A stretch of 64,000 nucleotides of DNA. Origin: Bacteroidales bacterium (GTDB lineage Bacteria; Bacteroidota; Bacteroidia; Bacteroidales; WCHB1-69). Position 1 is the stretch's first letter; the number at the start of each line of letters is the position of its first letter. Position numbers and translations under genes: made by a program. Below are positions 1 through 7,279 of this stretch, in pieces. The DNA is taken from NCBI GenBank assembly GCA_045616665.1, contig JAZLHE010000057.1:1898-65897 (forward strand), written 5' to 3'. A model generated the notes under the pieces. It did not search any database. It had not been told where the DNA came from and worked only from the letters and a program-made list of their open reading frames with translations.

Positions 1-866
1 ATCTCAAGCACCACCTCTGCCTTGGGATGCCTTATGTAATAGAGGCAGGAGGCGTGCTCCGGCACCACGTTGGGGGCCTGGCCGCCGTTGTCTATTATAT
101 AATGTATGCGGCAGTCGGTGGGGACGTGCTCGCGCATCAGATTCATCATATAGTCGAACGCCTCCACGGCATCGAGCGCGGAACGTCCGTTCCAGGGCGA
201 AACCGAAGCGTGTGACGGCTTGCCGGTAAAAGAGAAGCGCACCCGCACGTTGGCAAGCCCGGTGGCCATACTCACCGAATTGTGATTGGAGGGATGCCAG
301 TCGAAGAATGCGTCGCAGCCGTCGAATACGCCCGCCTTGGTCATATAGGCCTTTCCTCCGCCACCCTCCTCGGCAGGGCATCCGAAATACTTCACCGTGC
401 CCTTATGCCCCTCGGCAAGCCATTTGGAGATGGCCACGGCAGCCGCAGCCGGGCCGGTAGCGATGAGATTGTGGCCGCAGCCGTGACCGGCAGCCCCCTC
501 CACACGCGGGCAGGGGTACGGCACCGTATCCTGCGACATCCCGGGCAGGGCGTCGAACTCGGCGAGCAGACCGATTACCGGAGAGCCTTCGCCGAAAGTG
601 GCCACAAATGCGGTGGGAATTTCGGCCACACCCATCTCAATTTTGAACCCGTTGGCCTCAAGATGGTCCGCAAGTGCCCTGGAACTTTTGTATTCCAGAT
701 AGCCAGGCTCGGCGAACTGATGAATCTGCTTGTGCAGAGCATCATAAACCTCAAAACTCTCATCAAGATATTTCATCCCGACGGTTTTGGTGAAATCGGT
801 TTTCTTTTTTGCCGTTGCGCTCAAGCAGACCGCCAGCGCAAGAATCGTGATTATCGTCTTCTTCAT
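1..866 (-). CDS. M20 family metallo-amidohydrolase/peptidase (AbgB-like), N-terminal ~288 aa only; continues beyond left edge
   Basis: Absent from the ORF track because no stop lies inside the window. My translation of the minus strand from ATG 866-864 gives MKKTIITILALAVCLSATAKKK (signal peptide), then GHGCGHNLIATG, KYFGCPAEEGGGGKAYM, DWHPSNHNSV, GRSALDAVEAF and RIHYIIDNGGQAPNVVPEHA. These are typical M20D/AbgB motifs. Track ORFs 282..914(+) and 4..381(-) are shadow frames. Confidence 0.8.
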   Translation of the reverse strand, partial: MKKTIITILALAVCLSATAKKKTDFTKTVGMKYLDESFEVYDALHKQIHQFAEPGYLEYKSSRALADHLEANGFKIEMGVAEIPTAFVATFGEGSPVIGLLAEFDALPGMSQDTVPYPCPRVEGAAGHGCGHNLIATGPAAAAVAISKWLAEGHKGTVKYFGCPAEEGGGGKAYMTKAGVFDGCDAFFDWHPSNHNSVSMATGLANVRVRFSFTGKPSHASVSPWNGRSALDAVEAFDYMMNLMREHVPTDCRIHYIIDNGGQAPNVVPEHASCLYYIRHPKAEVVLE

Positions 867-873
867 ACCATTC

Positions 874-906
874 AAAAAAAGGAGGGCGGCCGAACAGCCG
901 TCCTCC
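874..906 (-). terminator. Rho-independent terminator downstream of mutB
   Basis: The arms GGAGGGCGG (881-889) and CCGTCCTCC (898-906) form a 9-bp stem with one non-Watson-Crick position. The A-run 874-880 gives a U-run after the hairpin on the minus strand. Confidence 0.6.
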
Positions 907-939
907 AAATTTAGTAAATAATTCGAGAATCTGTACCGA

Positions 940-3093
940 TTATTCGAATCTCTGATTGAGGATTTCCATAATCTTGATAGCTGCGGTGGCAACGGGGGTA
1001 CCGGGGCCGAAGATTGCCATAGCGCCGTCACGGTAGAGTTCGTCGTAATCCTGTGCAGGGATAACTCCGCCAACAATCACTGCGATGTCCTCGCGGCCGA
1101 GCTTCTTGAGCTCTGCTATGATCTGCGGAACGAGTGTCTTGTGGCCTGCAGCAAGTGAAGATACGCCCACTACGTGAACGTCATTCTCCACAGCCTGCTT
1201 CGCAGCCTCTTCGGGAGTCTGGAACAGAGGTCCCATATCCACGTCGAAACCGCAGTCGGCGTAGCCGGTGGCTACAACCTTGGCTCCGCGGTCGTGACCG
1301 TCCTGGCCGAGTTTTGCAATCATAATACGAGGCTGGCGGCCTTCCTTCTTAGCGAATTCGGCAACCATCTTCCTGGCCTCTTCGAACTGTGCGTTGTTCT
1401 TGACTTCTGCAGAATATACACCTGTGTTCATACGGATAACTGCTTTATAACGTCCAACTACCTTTTCGCAAGCATAGGAGATTTCTCCGAGGGTTGCGCG
1501 AACCTTTGCAGCCTCAACTGCGAGTTCGAGCAGGTTGCCGCTCTTGGTTTCGACAGCCTTGGTGATTGCCTCGAGGGCAGCCTGAACCTTGGCCTCGTCG
1601 CGAGAAGCGCGCAGAGCCTTGAGACGTGCAATCTGGCTTTCGCGAACCTTGGTGTTGTCCACGTCGAGAATCTCGATGGGATCTTCGTGGTCAAGACGAT
1701 ATTCGTTGATACCGATAATCTTGTCGTTGCCCGAGTCGATGCGAGCCTGCTTGCGTGCAGCGGCCTCCTCGATGCGGAGCTTGGGGATGCCGGTTTCGAT
1801 GGCCTTTGCCATACCGCCGAGCTTCTCCACCTCCTCGATATGCTCCCACGCCTTGTGTGCGAGTTCGTTGGTCAGGCTCTCAACATAGTAGGAACCTGCC
1901 CAGGGGTCGATGCTCTTGCATACCTTGGTCTCTTCCTGGATGTAAATCTGGGTATTGCGGGCAATACGTGCGGAGAAGTCGGTAGGCAATGCAATGGCTT
2001 CGTCCAAAGCGTTGGTGTGCAATGACTGGGTATGTCCCAGTGCGGCACCCATTGCTTCAACGCAGGTACGGGTAACGTTGTTAAATGGATCTTGTTCAGT
2101 GAGAGACCAGCCGGAAGTCTGGCAGTGGGTTCTCAAAGCTAAAGATTTAGGATTTTTAGGATTGAATTGTTTAACAATCTTAGCCCAGAGCAAACGGGCA
2201 GCGCGCATCTTGGCGATTTCCATAAAGTGGTTCATGCCAATACCCCAGAAGAAGGACAAACGTGGTGCGAAGTCATCGATATTCATACCGGCATTGATAC
2301 CTGCGCGCAAATATTCCAAACCATCGGCCAAAGTGTAGGCTAATTCGATGTCGCAGGTGGCACCGGCTTCCTGCATGTGGTAACCCGAAATGGAAATGGA
2401 ATTGAATTTCGGCATATTCTTTGAAGTGAATTCAAAGATGTCGGCAATAATCTTCATAGAAGGAAGTGGCGGGTAAATATAGGTATTACGCACCATAAAT
2501 TCCTTCAAAATATCATTTTGGATAGTACCTGTCAATTGTTCCATAGGAACGCCCTGTTCTTCGGCGGCCACGATGTAGAAAGCCAGAATTGGCATCACGG
2601 CACCGTTCATCGTCATAGAGACGGACATTTTGTCCAATGGGATCTGATCGAACAGGATTTTCATATCTAAGATTGAATCTACGGCAACACCGGCTTTACC
2701 AACGTCACCGACGACTCTTGGATGGTCGGAGTCATAACCGCGGTGGGTCGCCAAGTCAAAAGCGATGGACAGACCTTTTTGACCGGCGGCCAAGTTGCGG
2801 CGGTAGAAGGCGTTAGACTCTTCGGCAGTAGAGAAACCCGCATATTGGCGGATGGTCCACGGCTTGTTGACATACATCGTTGAATAAGGTCCACGCAAAT
2901 AAGGCGGAATACCGGCGGCATAGTTCAAATGTTCCATACCGGCGAGGTCGTCTTTGCCATACACGGGCTTTACGGGAATCTGCTCGGCAGTCAGCCACGA
3001 GGTGTCAATATTGTTTTCTTTGGCCCATTCTTCAAAACTTTGTTGTTTTTCGGGCTTTTTCTTGAAATCTACTTTACTGAAATCAGGACGCAT
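940..3093 (-). CDS. mutB: Methylmalonyl-CoA mutase, large (catalytic, B12-binding) subunit
   Basis: 717 aa. The N-terminal mutase barrel carries [37 protein letters not shown]. The C-terminal cobalamin-binding domain carries [25 protein letters not shown] (DxHxxG type). Confidence 0.93.
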   Translation of the reverse strand: MRPDFSKVDFKKKPEKQQSFEEWAKENNIDTSWLTAEQIPVKPVYGKDDLAGMEHLNYAAGIPPYLRGPYSTMYVNKPWTIRQYAGFSTAEESNAFYRRNLAAGQKGLSIAFDLATHRGYDSDHPRVVGDVGKAGVAVDSILDMKILFDQIPLDKMSVSMTMNGAVMPILAFYIVAAEEQGVPMEQLTGTIQNDILKEFMVRNTYIYPPLPSMKIIADIFEFTSKNMPKFNSISISGYHMQEAGATCDIELAYTLADGLEYLRAGINAGMNIDDFAPRLSFFWGIGMNHFMEIAKMRAARLLWAKIVKQFNPKNPKSLALRTHCQTSGWSLTEQDPFNNVTRTCVEAMGAALGHTQSLHTNALDEAIALPTDFSARIARNTQIYIQEETKVCKSIDPWAGSYYVESLTNELAHKAWEHIEEVEKLGGMAKAIETGIPKLRIEEAAARKQARIDSGNDKIIGINEYRLDHEDPIEILDVDNTKVRESQIARLKALRASRDEAKVQAALEAITKAVETKSGNLLELAVEAAKVRATLGEISYACEKVVGRYKAVIRMNTGVYSAEVKNNAQFEEARKMVAEFAKKEGRQPRIMIAKLGQDGHDRGAKVVATGYADCGFDVDMGPLFQTPEEAAKQAVENDVHVVGVSSLAAGHKTLVPQIIAELKKLGREDIAVIVGGVIPAQDYDELYRDGAMAIFGPGTPVATAAIKIMEILNQRFE

Positions 3094-3127
3094 AATGCAG
3101 TTTTTTGTTATTGTTTATTTCAATCTG

Positions 3128-3135
3128 CAAAAGTA
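3128..3135 (-). promoter_or_regulatory. Bacteroidota -7 promoter box (TAnnTTTG) for mutB
   Basis: The minus strand reads TACTTTTG, about 35 nt upstream of the mutB ATG (3093). Confidence 0.5.
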
Positions 3136-3179
3136 ATATTTTTTTATGAAAAAAGAAAGAGAATAATTAGGAAGAGATT

Positions 3180-4271
3180 TTATTTTCCACTTTTCCGTCT
3201 ATTGCACTCGCGACATAGCATTTGGCAGTTGTCGGCCGTGGTTTTGCCTCCTTCGTGCCACGGCGTGATGTGGTCGGCCTCCATCTGATTCAGTTCGAAA
3301 TGTTCGTGGCACTCGGCGCAAATTCCCTCTTGTGCTTCATAAGCAGCCAATTTCTGAGCATCGGTAAAGGCACGGATGGAAAGGAATCTCTCCTTGCGCG
3401 TCAGAACGTAGGGATAGATGCCCGTTTTCTTCGTTACGTCATCGTCTAAAATCAGTTTCTTGACCTCCTCATCCACCGCATTGCTGTCGATAACGTTATC
3501 TTTGAATTCCTTGTACAGCGCGCCCCAGTCAATGCCCTTCATGATTTTCTTGCGTTCCTTGGTTGGCTGAAACGAGGTCTCTATCCACGTAACGACTGAC
3601 TGGAAAAACTGCCACAAAGCCGCGGCATTGGCGTCGTGCTGGTGATTGGACATATAAACTTCTATGTTGCCGTCCGAGATCCAAGAGATGGCCGTCTCCA
3701 GATAGTCCTGCCGGATGGCGGAGCCGTTGAGGTAGTCTGAGGCGATTTTGGCGGCCACGCAGCCGGGTTTGCTGAAGTAGCGCTTGGCATCGCTTACCCA
3801 AGCACCCGCATACACGGCGTTGCGCAGCTCCTGCTCCGTCAACTCTTCTCCCGCGATGTTGATGGTCTTGAACCACTTGAGTTTCTCGCTGTCGGTGCCG
3901 CTGCAGATATAGACTTGCAGCTCGTAGTCGAGAATCTGCTGTTGTTCGTCGGGTTGCAGGTTGTGAAAATAGCGGAACATATAGGCAAAGTCGCCATTCA
4001 CATACTGACAGATGCTGATGGTGCGCTGCTGTCCGTCGATGATTTCGTAAGTGCCGTCGTCGCGCACGGCCCAGTACATCACGTTGAGCGGAAAACCTTG
4101 CGTGAGCGTGTCGATGACGGCATCGCGCTGTTTTTCCTTATAGACAAACTCGCGTTGGTAAGGCGGGCGCACATCAAGTCGGCCGCCGTAGGCGCGTACG
4201 CCGTTTTCGGCATTGTCCTCGTAACCTTGCGTAAGGTCGCGGACGGTAATCTTGTGTAGTTCTATTTGCAT
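3180..4271 (-). CDS. DUF262 (ParB/GmrSD-N-like) domain fused to a C-terminal HNH endonuclease; candidate modification-sensing/type IV-like nuclease
   Basis: 363 aa. The N-terminal region has RPPYQREFVY and IIDGQQRTISI (the DGQQR motif of DUF262/GmrSD_N). The C-terminal region has CAECHEHF..ADHITPWHEGGKTTADNCQMLCRECNRRK (HNH with flanking Cys pairs). Confidence 0.8.
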   Translation of the reverse strand: MQIELHKITVRDLTQGYEDNAENGVRAYGGRLDVRPPYQREFVYKEKQRDAVIDTLTQGFPLNVMYWAVRDDGTYEIIDGQQRTISICQYVNGDFAYMFRYFHNLQPDEQQQILDYELQVYICSGTDSEKLKWFKTINIAGEELTEQELRNAVYAGAWVSDAKRYFSKPGCVAAKIASDYLNGSAIRQDYLETAISWISDGNIEVYMSNHQHDANAAALWQFFQSVVTWIETSFQPTKERKKIMKGIDWGALYKEFKDNVIDSNAVDEEVKKLILDDDVTKKTGIYPYVLTRKERFLSIRAFTDAQKLAAYEAQEGICAECHEHFELNQMEADHITPWHEGGKTTADNCQMLCRECNRRKSGK

Positions 4272-4309
4272 ATTGCTTGTTTGTTGTTTTTGATGATTTT
4301 TATTTCTTG

Positions 4310-4576
4310 GGCGGCCCGGCTCCTTACGTCGCCGTCACGCTTTCCAGGGGTTCCGTACAGGTAGAGACGCGGCACGCCACGCCTCTACCTGTACCGCCTC
4401 CGGCGCCCTTCCAATCGTTGCCGCGATGCTTCGTGGCAAGTTCTTCCGCGCTGCCACGGTCCTGCAGGCTGACTTGCAGCCATCCCCAGGTTGCGCCCTT
4501 CATTTCATTACGGGCTTACCTGGGGTTACTGAGGTTTTGTCCCTCTGGGACTGCTTAAGGTACGGCTTCGCCGTAA
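4310..4576 (-). ncRNA. Unclassified GC-rich structured element (candidate ncRNA / structured 5-prime leader of the DUF262-HNH gene)
   Basis: No credible CDS lies here. It carries six perfect local helices (4561-4575; 4539-4551; 4484-4491/4518-4525; 4467-4481; 4432-4438/4452-4458; 4355-4394). The 4355-4394 hairpin extends from 12 to 18 bp only on the minus strand, through two G-U pairs. A hand count gives 39/60 G+C at 4381-4440. Confidence 0.4.
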
Positions 4577-4610
4577 TATTTTTTATGAAGTACCACCATT
4601 TTTTTATTTC

Positions 4611-5663
4611 TTATTCTCTTAATTTCTTAATTGTTGTGTTGTATTCTATTTCGCCCTCTGCGGCCAACGGCAATGTCTCTTCCTGCCGTGCGTATTGAAT
4701 GGCTGGTTTGCGGCGGCGGATGAGGATACGGGAAAATTTTTCTTTCCCATTAAGTATAGGTTTCGCTAAATCATACTCGCTATCGCAACCATGATTCAAA
4801 ATTCCAATAATTTCAAATTGTTCGGGATTATATTTATCTAAAAATGTTACAGGAACGCCCATGAGTCCATCATAATCGTATGGAATATTTGCGGTAGGGC
4901 AACATTCTATAGCATCAAAATTATCGTATTTGGGATATTCTATAGGTGAATATGCCTTATACAAGACCAAATCTTCATGCCGTTTACTGATTTCCAAATT
5001 TGTAAACCAATTGACACCCGAAACACGAATCATTCCAGCCCGATGGTCACCAGCAGATGCCGTATCTTCATATTTGCTAATAAAATGTCCTGCCCCTCCT
5101 TTAAATCCATAGCCCAACCAAAGTTTGTTTTCCTTGACCAAAGGAAATATTTCTTTATAATGAATTGCGTTTTGATGTCCTATGATTATAAACTTCTTCT
5201 CATATTCAATCAATTGCGCCACATATTCCCTAAAGAGTGAAAACGGTGGATTAGTCACGACAACATCCGCTTGTTTGAGCAGTTCGATACATTCTTTTGA
5301 GCGAAAATCGCCGTCGCCTTCAAAATAGTTGATGCCGATTTCATCGGGATCGGGAACGCGGTTGTTGTTTTTATCGCCGTTGTACTCCAACCAAATGGCT
5401 CGTTCCGAATCATTCTGCGAAAACAAGTCCCGTTCCTGGTTCTTGTAGCAGGTGGTAATGAGTTTTTTTAGTCCTAATTTTTCAAAATTGTAGCTGAAGT
5501 AGTGAAAGAAATTGCTGATTCTTGGGTCGTCGCAGTTGCAAAGCACCACTTTGTCCTTGAAATGCTCCTTGTAGTGTTTCAGTTCGTTTTCAATATCCAC
5601 AAGCTGCGTGTAAAACTCGTCTTTTTTGGCGTTTTTTGCCTGATTTAGGTTTTTGTTGGCCAT
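4611..5663 (-). CDS. EcoRI-like (PF13651-type) N6-adenine DNA methyltransferase
   Basis: The N-terminus MANKNLNQAKNAKKDEFYTQLVDIENEL is characteristic of this family. The catalytic motif IV is VVTNPPFSLF (NPPF). I trimmed the start to ATG 5663 because the track start at 5693 is a TTG. Confidence 0.8.
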   Translation of the reverse strand: MANKNLNQAKNAKKDEFYTQLVDIENELKHYKEHFKDKVVLCNCDDPRISNFFHYFSYNFEKLGLKKLITTCYKNQERDLFSQNDSERAIWLEYNGDKNNNRVPDPDEIGINYFEGDGDFRSKECIELLKQADVVVTNPPFSLFREYVAQLIEYEKKFIIIGHQNAIHYKEIFPLVKENKLWLGYGFKGGAGHFISKYEDTASAGDHRAGMIRVSGVNWFTNLEISKRHEDLVLYKAYSPIEYPKYDNFDAIECCPTANIPYDYDGLMGVPVTFLDKYNPEQFEIIGILNHGCDSEYDLAKPILNGKEKFSRILIRRRKPAIQYARQEETLPLAAEGEIEYNTTIKKLRE

Positions 5664-5905
5664 ACGATTGATAGTTTTTTGCAATGCTATCAATCAGTGT
5701 TAACGGATAAAAAATACGTGGGCTTTCTTATCCGTTCGACAGGTGTCTACCAAACCCCCACAAAGAAATAAGCAGTGTCCACGTATACGTGAACATTAAC
5801 CTTATTAACTCTTTGTAGAAGGTTTGACACCTACTAAATTATTTCAGTAGTTCAAATGTTGTTTGGTAGACTTCGTCGAACGTGAAATAATAGCTAATGC
5901 GTTAA
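5664..5905 (-). promoter_or_regulatory. Long structured intercistronic leader upstream of the methyltransferase
   Basis: An outer bipartite helix 5733-5740/5875-5882 plus 5745-5754/5862-5871 encloses helix 5760-5765/5811-5816, hairpin 5777-5794 and hairpin 5831-5850. Next comes the 9-bp hairpin 5702-5710/5728-5736, which overlaps the outer helix. A 9-bp hairpin 5666-5674/5687-5695 ends 2 nt before the ATG. Two mismatches become G-U pairs only on the minus strand. Confidence 0.45.
5878..5902 (-). repeat. Copy A of a 21-24 nt direct repeat (GAAYGTGAA(A)TAATAGCTAATGCGT on the + strand)
   Basis: gaacgtgaaataatagctaatgcgt. It lies between the DUF1016 gene and the methyltransferase gene and matches 7139-7162 apart from one base change and one extra A. 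Confidence 0.7.
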
Positions 5906-5975
5906 GTTATAATATGTTATTTAAAATTTCTTTTTCCTGTTTTTCTGTTATTTTTGTTTTGTAAAGATAATATTT

Positions 5976-7067
5976 TTATGTGTGTTCTGTCAGATATTGT
6001 TGAGCAATACTAATGGCCTTGTTTAATTTATCGATAAACCACTGCTTATCGGGAAGATATGTCAGAAATTGAGCAACTTTGATGTTTTCTTCGTCAAGCA
6101 TCATCAGTTCAATATGTTCGGTGTTTCCTTCACTGCATAAAAGAAGCCCGATAGGTTTCTCTTCGCCAGATTGCATCTCATATCTCTGCAAATATTTGAG
6201 ATAAAGTTCCATCTGTCCTTTGTATTCAGGTTTGAATTTGCCCAATTTCAAGTCAATAGCAACCAGCCTTTTCAGTTTTCGATGATAAAAAAGAAGATCC
6301 AAATAATAATCAATACTGTCAATGGACATCCTTTTTTGACGTTCTAAGAAAGCAAAACCCTGGCCTAATTCCAAAATAAAGTTTTCCAACTGGCTGACAA
6401 TGGCATTTTCAAGTTCTTTTTCAGAGAAGATTCCTGAAAGTCCTAAAAAATCCAAGACGTACGAACTTTTGAATACAACATCCGGAGTTATGATTTCATC
6501 ATTAAGTTTCGTTAATTGCTCTGAAATTTCCGTTTCAGATTTTGTGGCAATCATAGAACGTTCGTAAAGCATAGTATCTTGCTTCTGTCGCAAAACTCTC
6601 AAACTCCAATGCTCCGTCAAACACATTTGCTGATAAAACAGTCGTTTTGTAGTCTCTTCAATGGAAGCTAATTCAACGAAATGACTCCAGCTCAATGTTT
6701 GCGACAGTGTTGCAAACATTGACACGTCGGGATATTCGCGGGCAACTTTTACCATTCTCGTCAGTGCGGAGTATGTATAGCCCTTCCCGAATTTTTCTGT
6801 TAATCTTTTCGACAATGTCGCAAGAATTTGCCCTCCATATTGAGAATAGGTTTCATAACGCACCTGCGTGGTAATATAGTTGCCGATACTCCAATAGAGA
6901 CGGCTTATTTCAGCGTTTAACGAAACAGCAACTTTATGGCTCGTTTGTGCAATCAATTGAACGATTCCTTGAAATAAAGAATCGCTGTTTGCCACATCCG
7001 ACCGCACTTTACTTGTTGCATCGCCCAATGCTTCTATATTTGTATTCTGTACCTTCATTGTCTTCAA
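5976..7067 (-). CDS. DUF1016 / YhcG-family PD-(D/E)XK nuclease
   Basis: 363 aa. It has the N-terminal DUF1016 helical region (LYWSIGNYI..YGGQILATLSKRL..GKGYTYSALTRM) and a C-terminal nuclease core (DLLFYHRKLKRLVAIDLKLGKFKPEYKGQMELYL, D..(D/E)xK-like). Confidence 0.8.
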   Translation of the reverse strand: MKTMKVQNTNIEALGDATSKVRSDVANSDSLFQGIVQLIAQTSHKVAVSLNAEISRLYWSIGNYITTQVRYETYSQYGGQILATLSKRLTEKFGKGYTYSALTRMVKVAREYPDVSMFATLSQTLSWSHFVELASIEETTKRLFYQQMCLTEHWSLRVLRQKQDTMLYERSMIATKSETEISEQLTKLNDEIITPDVVFKSSYVLDFLGLSGIFSEKELENAIVSQLENFILELGQGFAFLERQKRMSIDSIDYYLDLLFYHRKLKRLVAIDLKLGKFKPEYKGQMELYLKYLQRYEMQSGEEKPIGLLLCSEGNTEHIELMMLDEENIKVAQFLTYLPDKQWFIDKLNKAISIAQQYLTEHT

Positions 7068-7138
7068 GTTAGATGTTTAAACGTCAAATCTGTTTTATTA
7101 TCTCGTTAGTAATGTCCATTTCCGACGCTTTTTGTTTT

Positions 7139-7162
7139 GAATGTGAATAATAGCTAATGCGT
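7139..7162 (-). repeat. Copy B of the 21-24 nt direct repeat, in the 5-prime UTR of the DUF1016 gene
   Basis: gaatgtgaataatagctaatgcgt. It lies 72-95 nt upstream of the DUF1016 ATG and downstream of the -7 box at 7215-7222. Confidence 0.7.
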
Positions 7163-7214
7163 GATGTGATTTCCCTTTATGTTTTCAATTTTTATATGAA
7201 TGTCATTAATTCTG

Positions 7215-7222
7215 CAAATATA
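7215..7222 (-). promoter_or_regulatory. -7 promoter box (TATATTTG) for the DUF1016-MTase-DUF262/HNH cassette
   Basis: This is the only TAnnTTTG match I found on the minus strand between sufS and the cassette. I saw no such box in the two internal spacers, which suggests a single transcript. Confidence 0.45.
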
Positions 7223-7279
7223 CTTATTATTTCAATTATTGAGAGTATAATAATTCATTGATGAAAAATTCGAGAAATC

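Noticed and set aside
282-914. 210-aa + strand ORF (and the 125-aa ORF at 4..381 on the minus strand) at the left edge
   Set aside because: Both are alternative frames over the M20 amidohydrolase gene (1..866, minus strand). That gene has clear family motifs, whereas these frames are Arg/Gly-rich with no recognisable motif.
1174-2025. 283-aa + strand ORF inside mutB, and similar long antisense ORFs at 11916..12518, 16005..16373, 26430..26942, 33716..34189, 42650..43189 and 44797..45321
   Set aside because: Each lies wholly inside, and antisense to, a gene with strong family signatures. Their compositions are low-complexity mirror images, for example of the coiled-coil/K-rich regions.
940-3093. 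Apparent intragenic GC shift in mutB (GC-rich 3-prime half, AT-richer 5-prime half) suggesting a recombination mosaic
   Set aside because: Hand counts of 60-nt lines fluctuate (33-67 percent G+C). GC-rich lines also occur in the 5-prime part (2701-2820), so no clean breakpoint can be supported by eye.
4277-4558. 93-aa + strand ORF and a 59-codon minus-strand ATG frame in the GC-rich spacer
   Set aside because: Both frames read through perfect hairpins, are P/S/R/G-rich and show no domain. I interpret the region as non-coding structured sequence.
4310-4576. Assigning the GC-rich element to a named RNA class (HEARO/omegaRNA, twister-like ribozyme, group II intron domain, retron msr/msd)
   Set aside because: I saw only superficial resemblance, such as an AAGCCCG..AA stretch and the neighbouring HNH gene. 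There is no RuvC/IscB protein, no RT and no intron-encoded protein, and I cannot run a covariance model. It is left unclassified.
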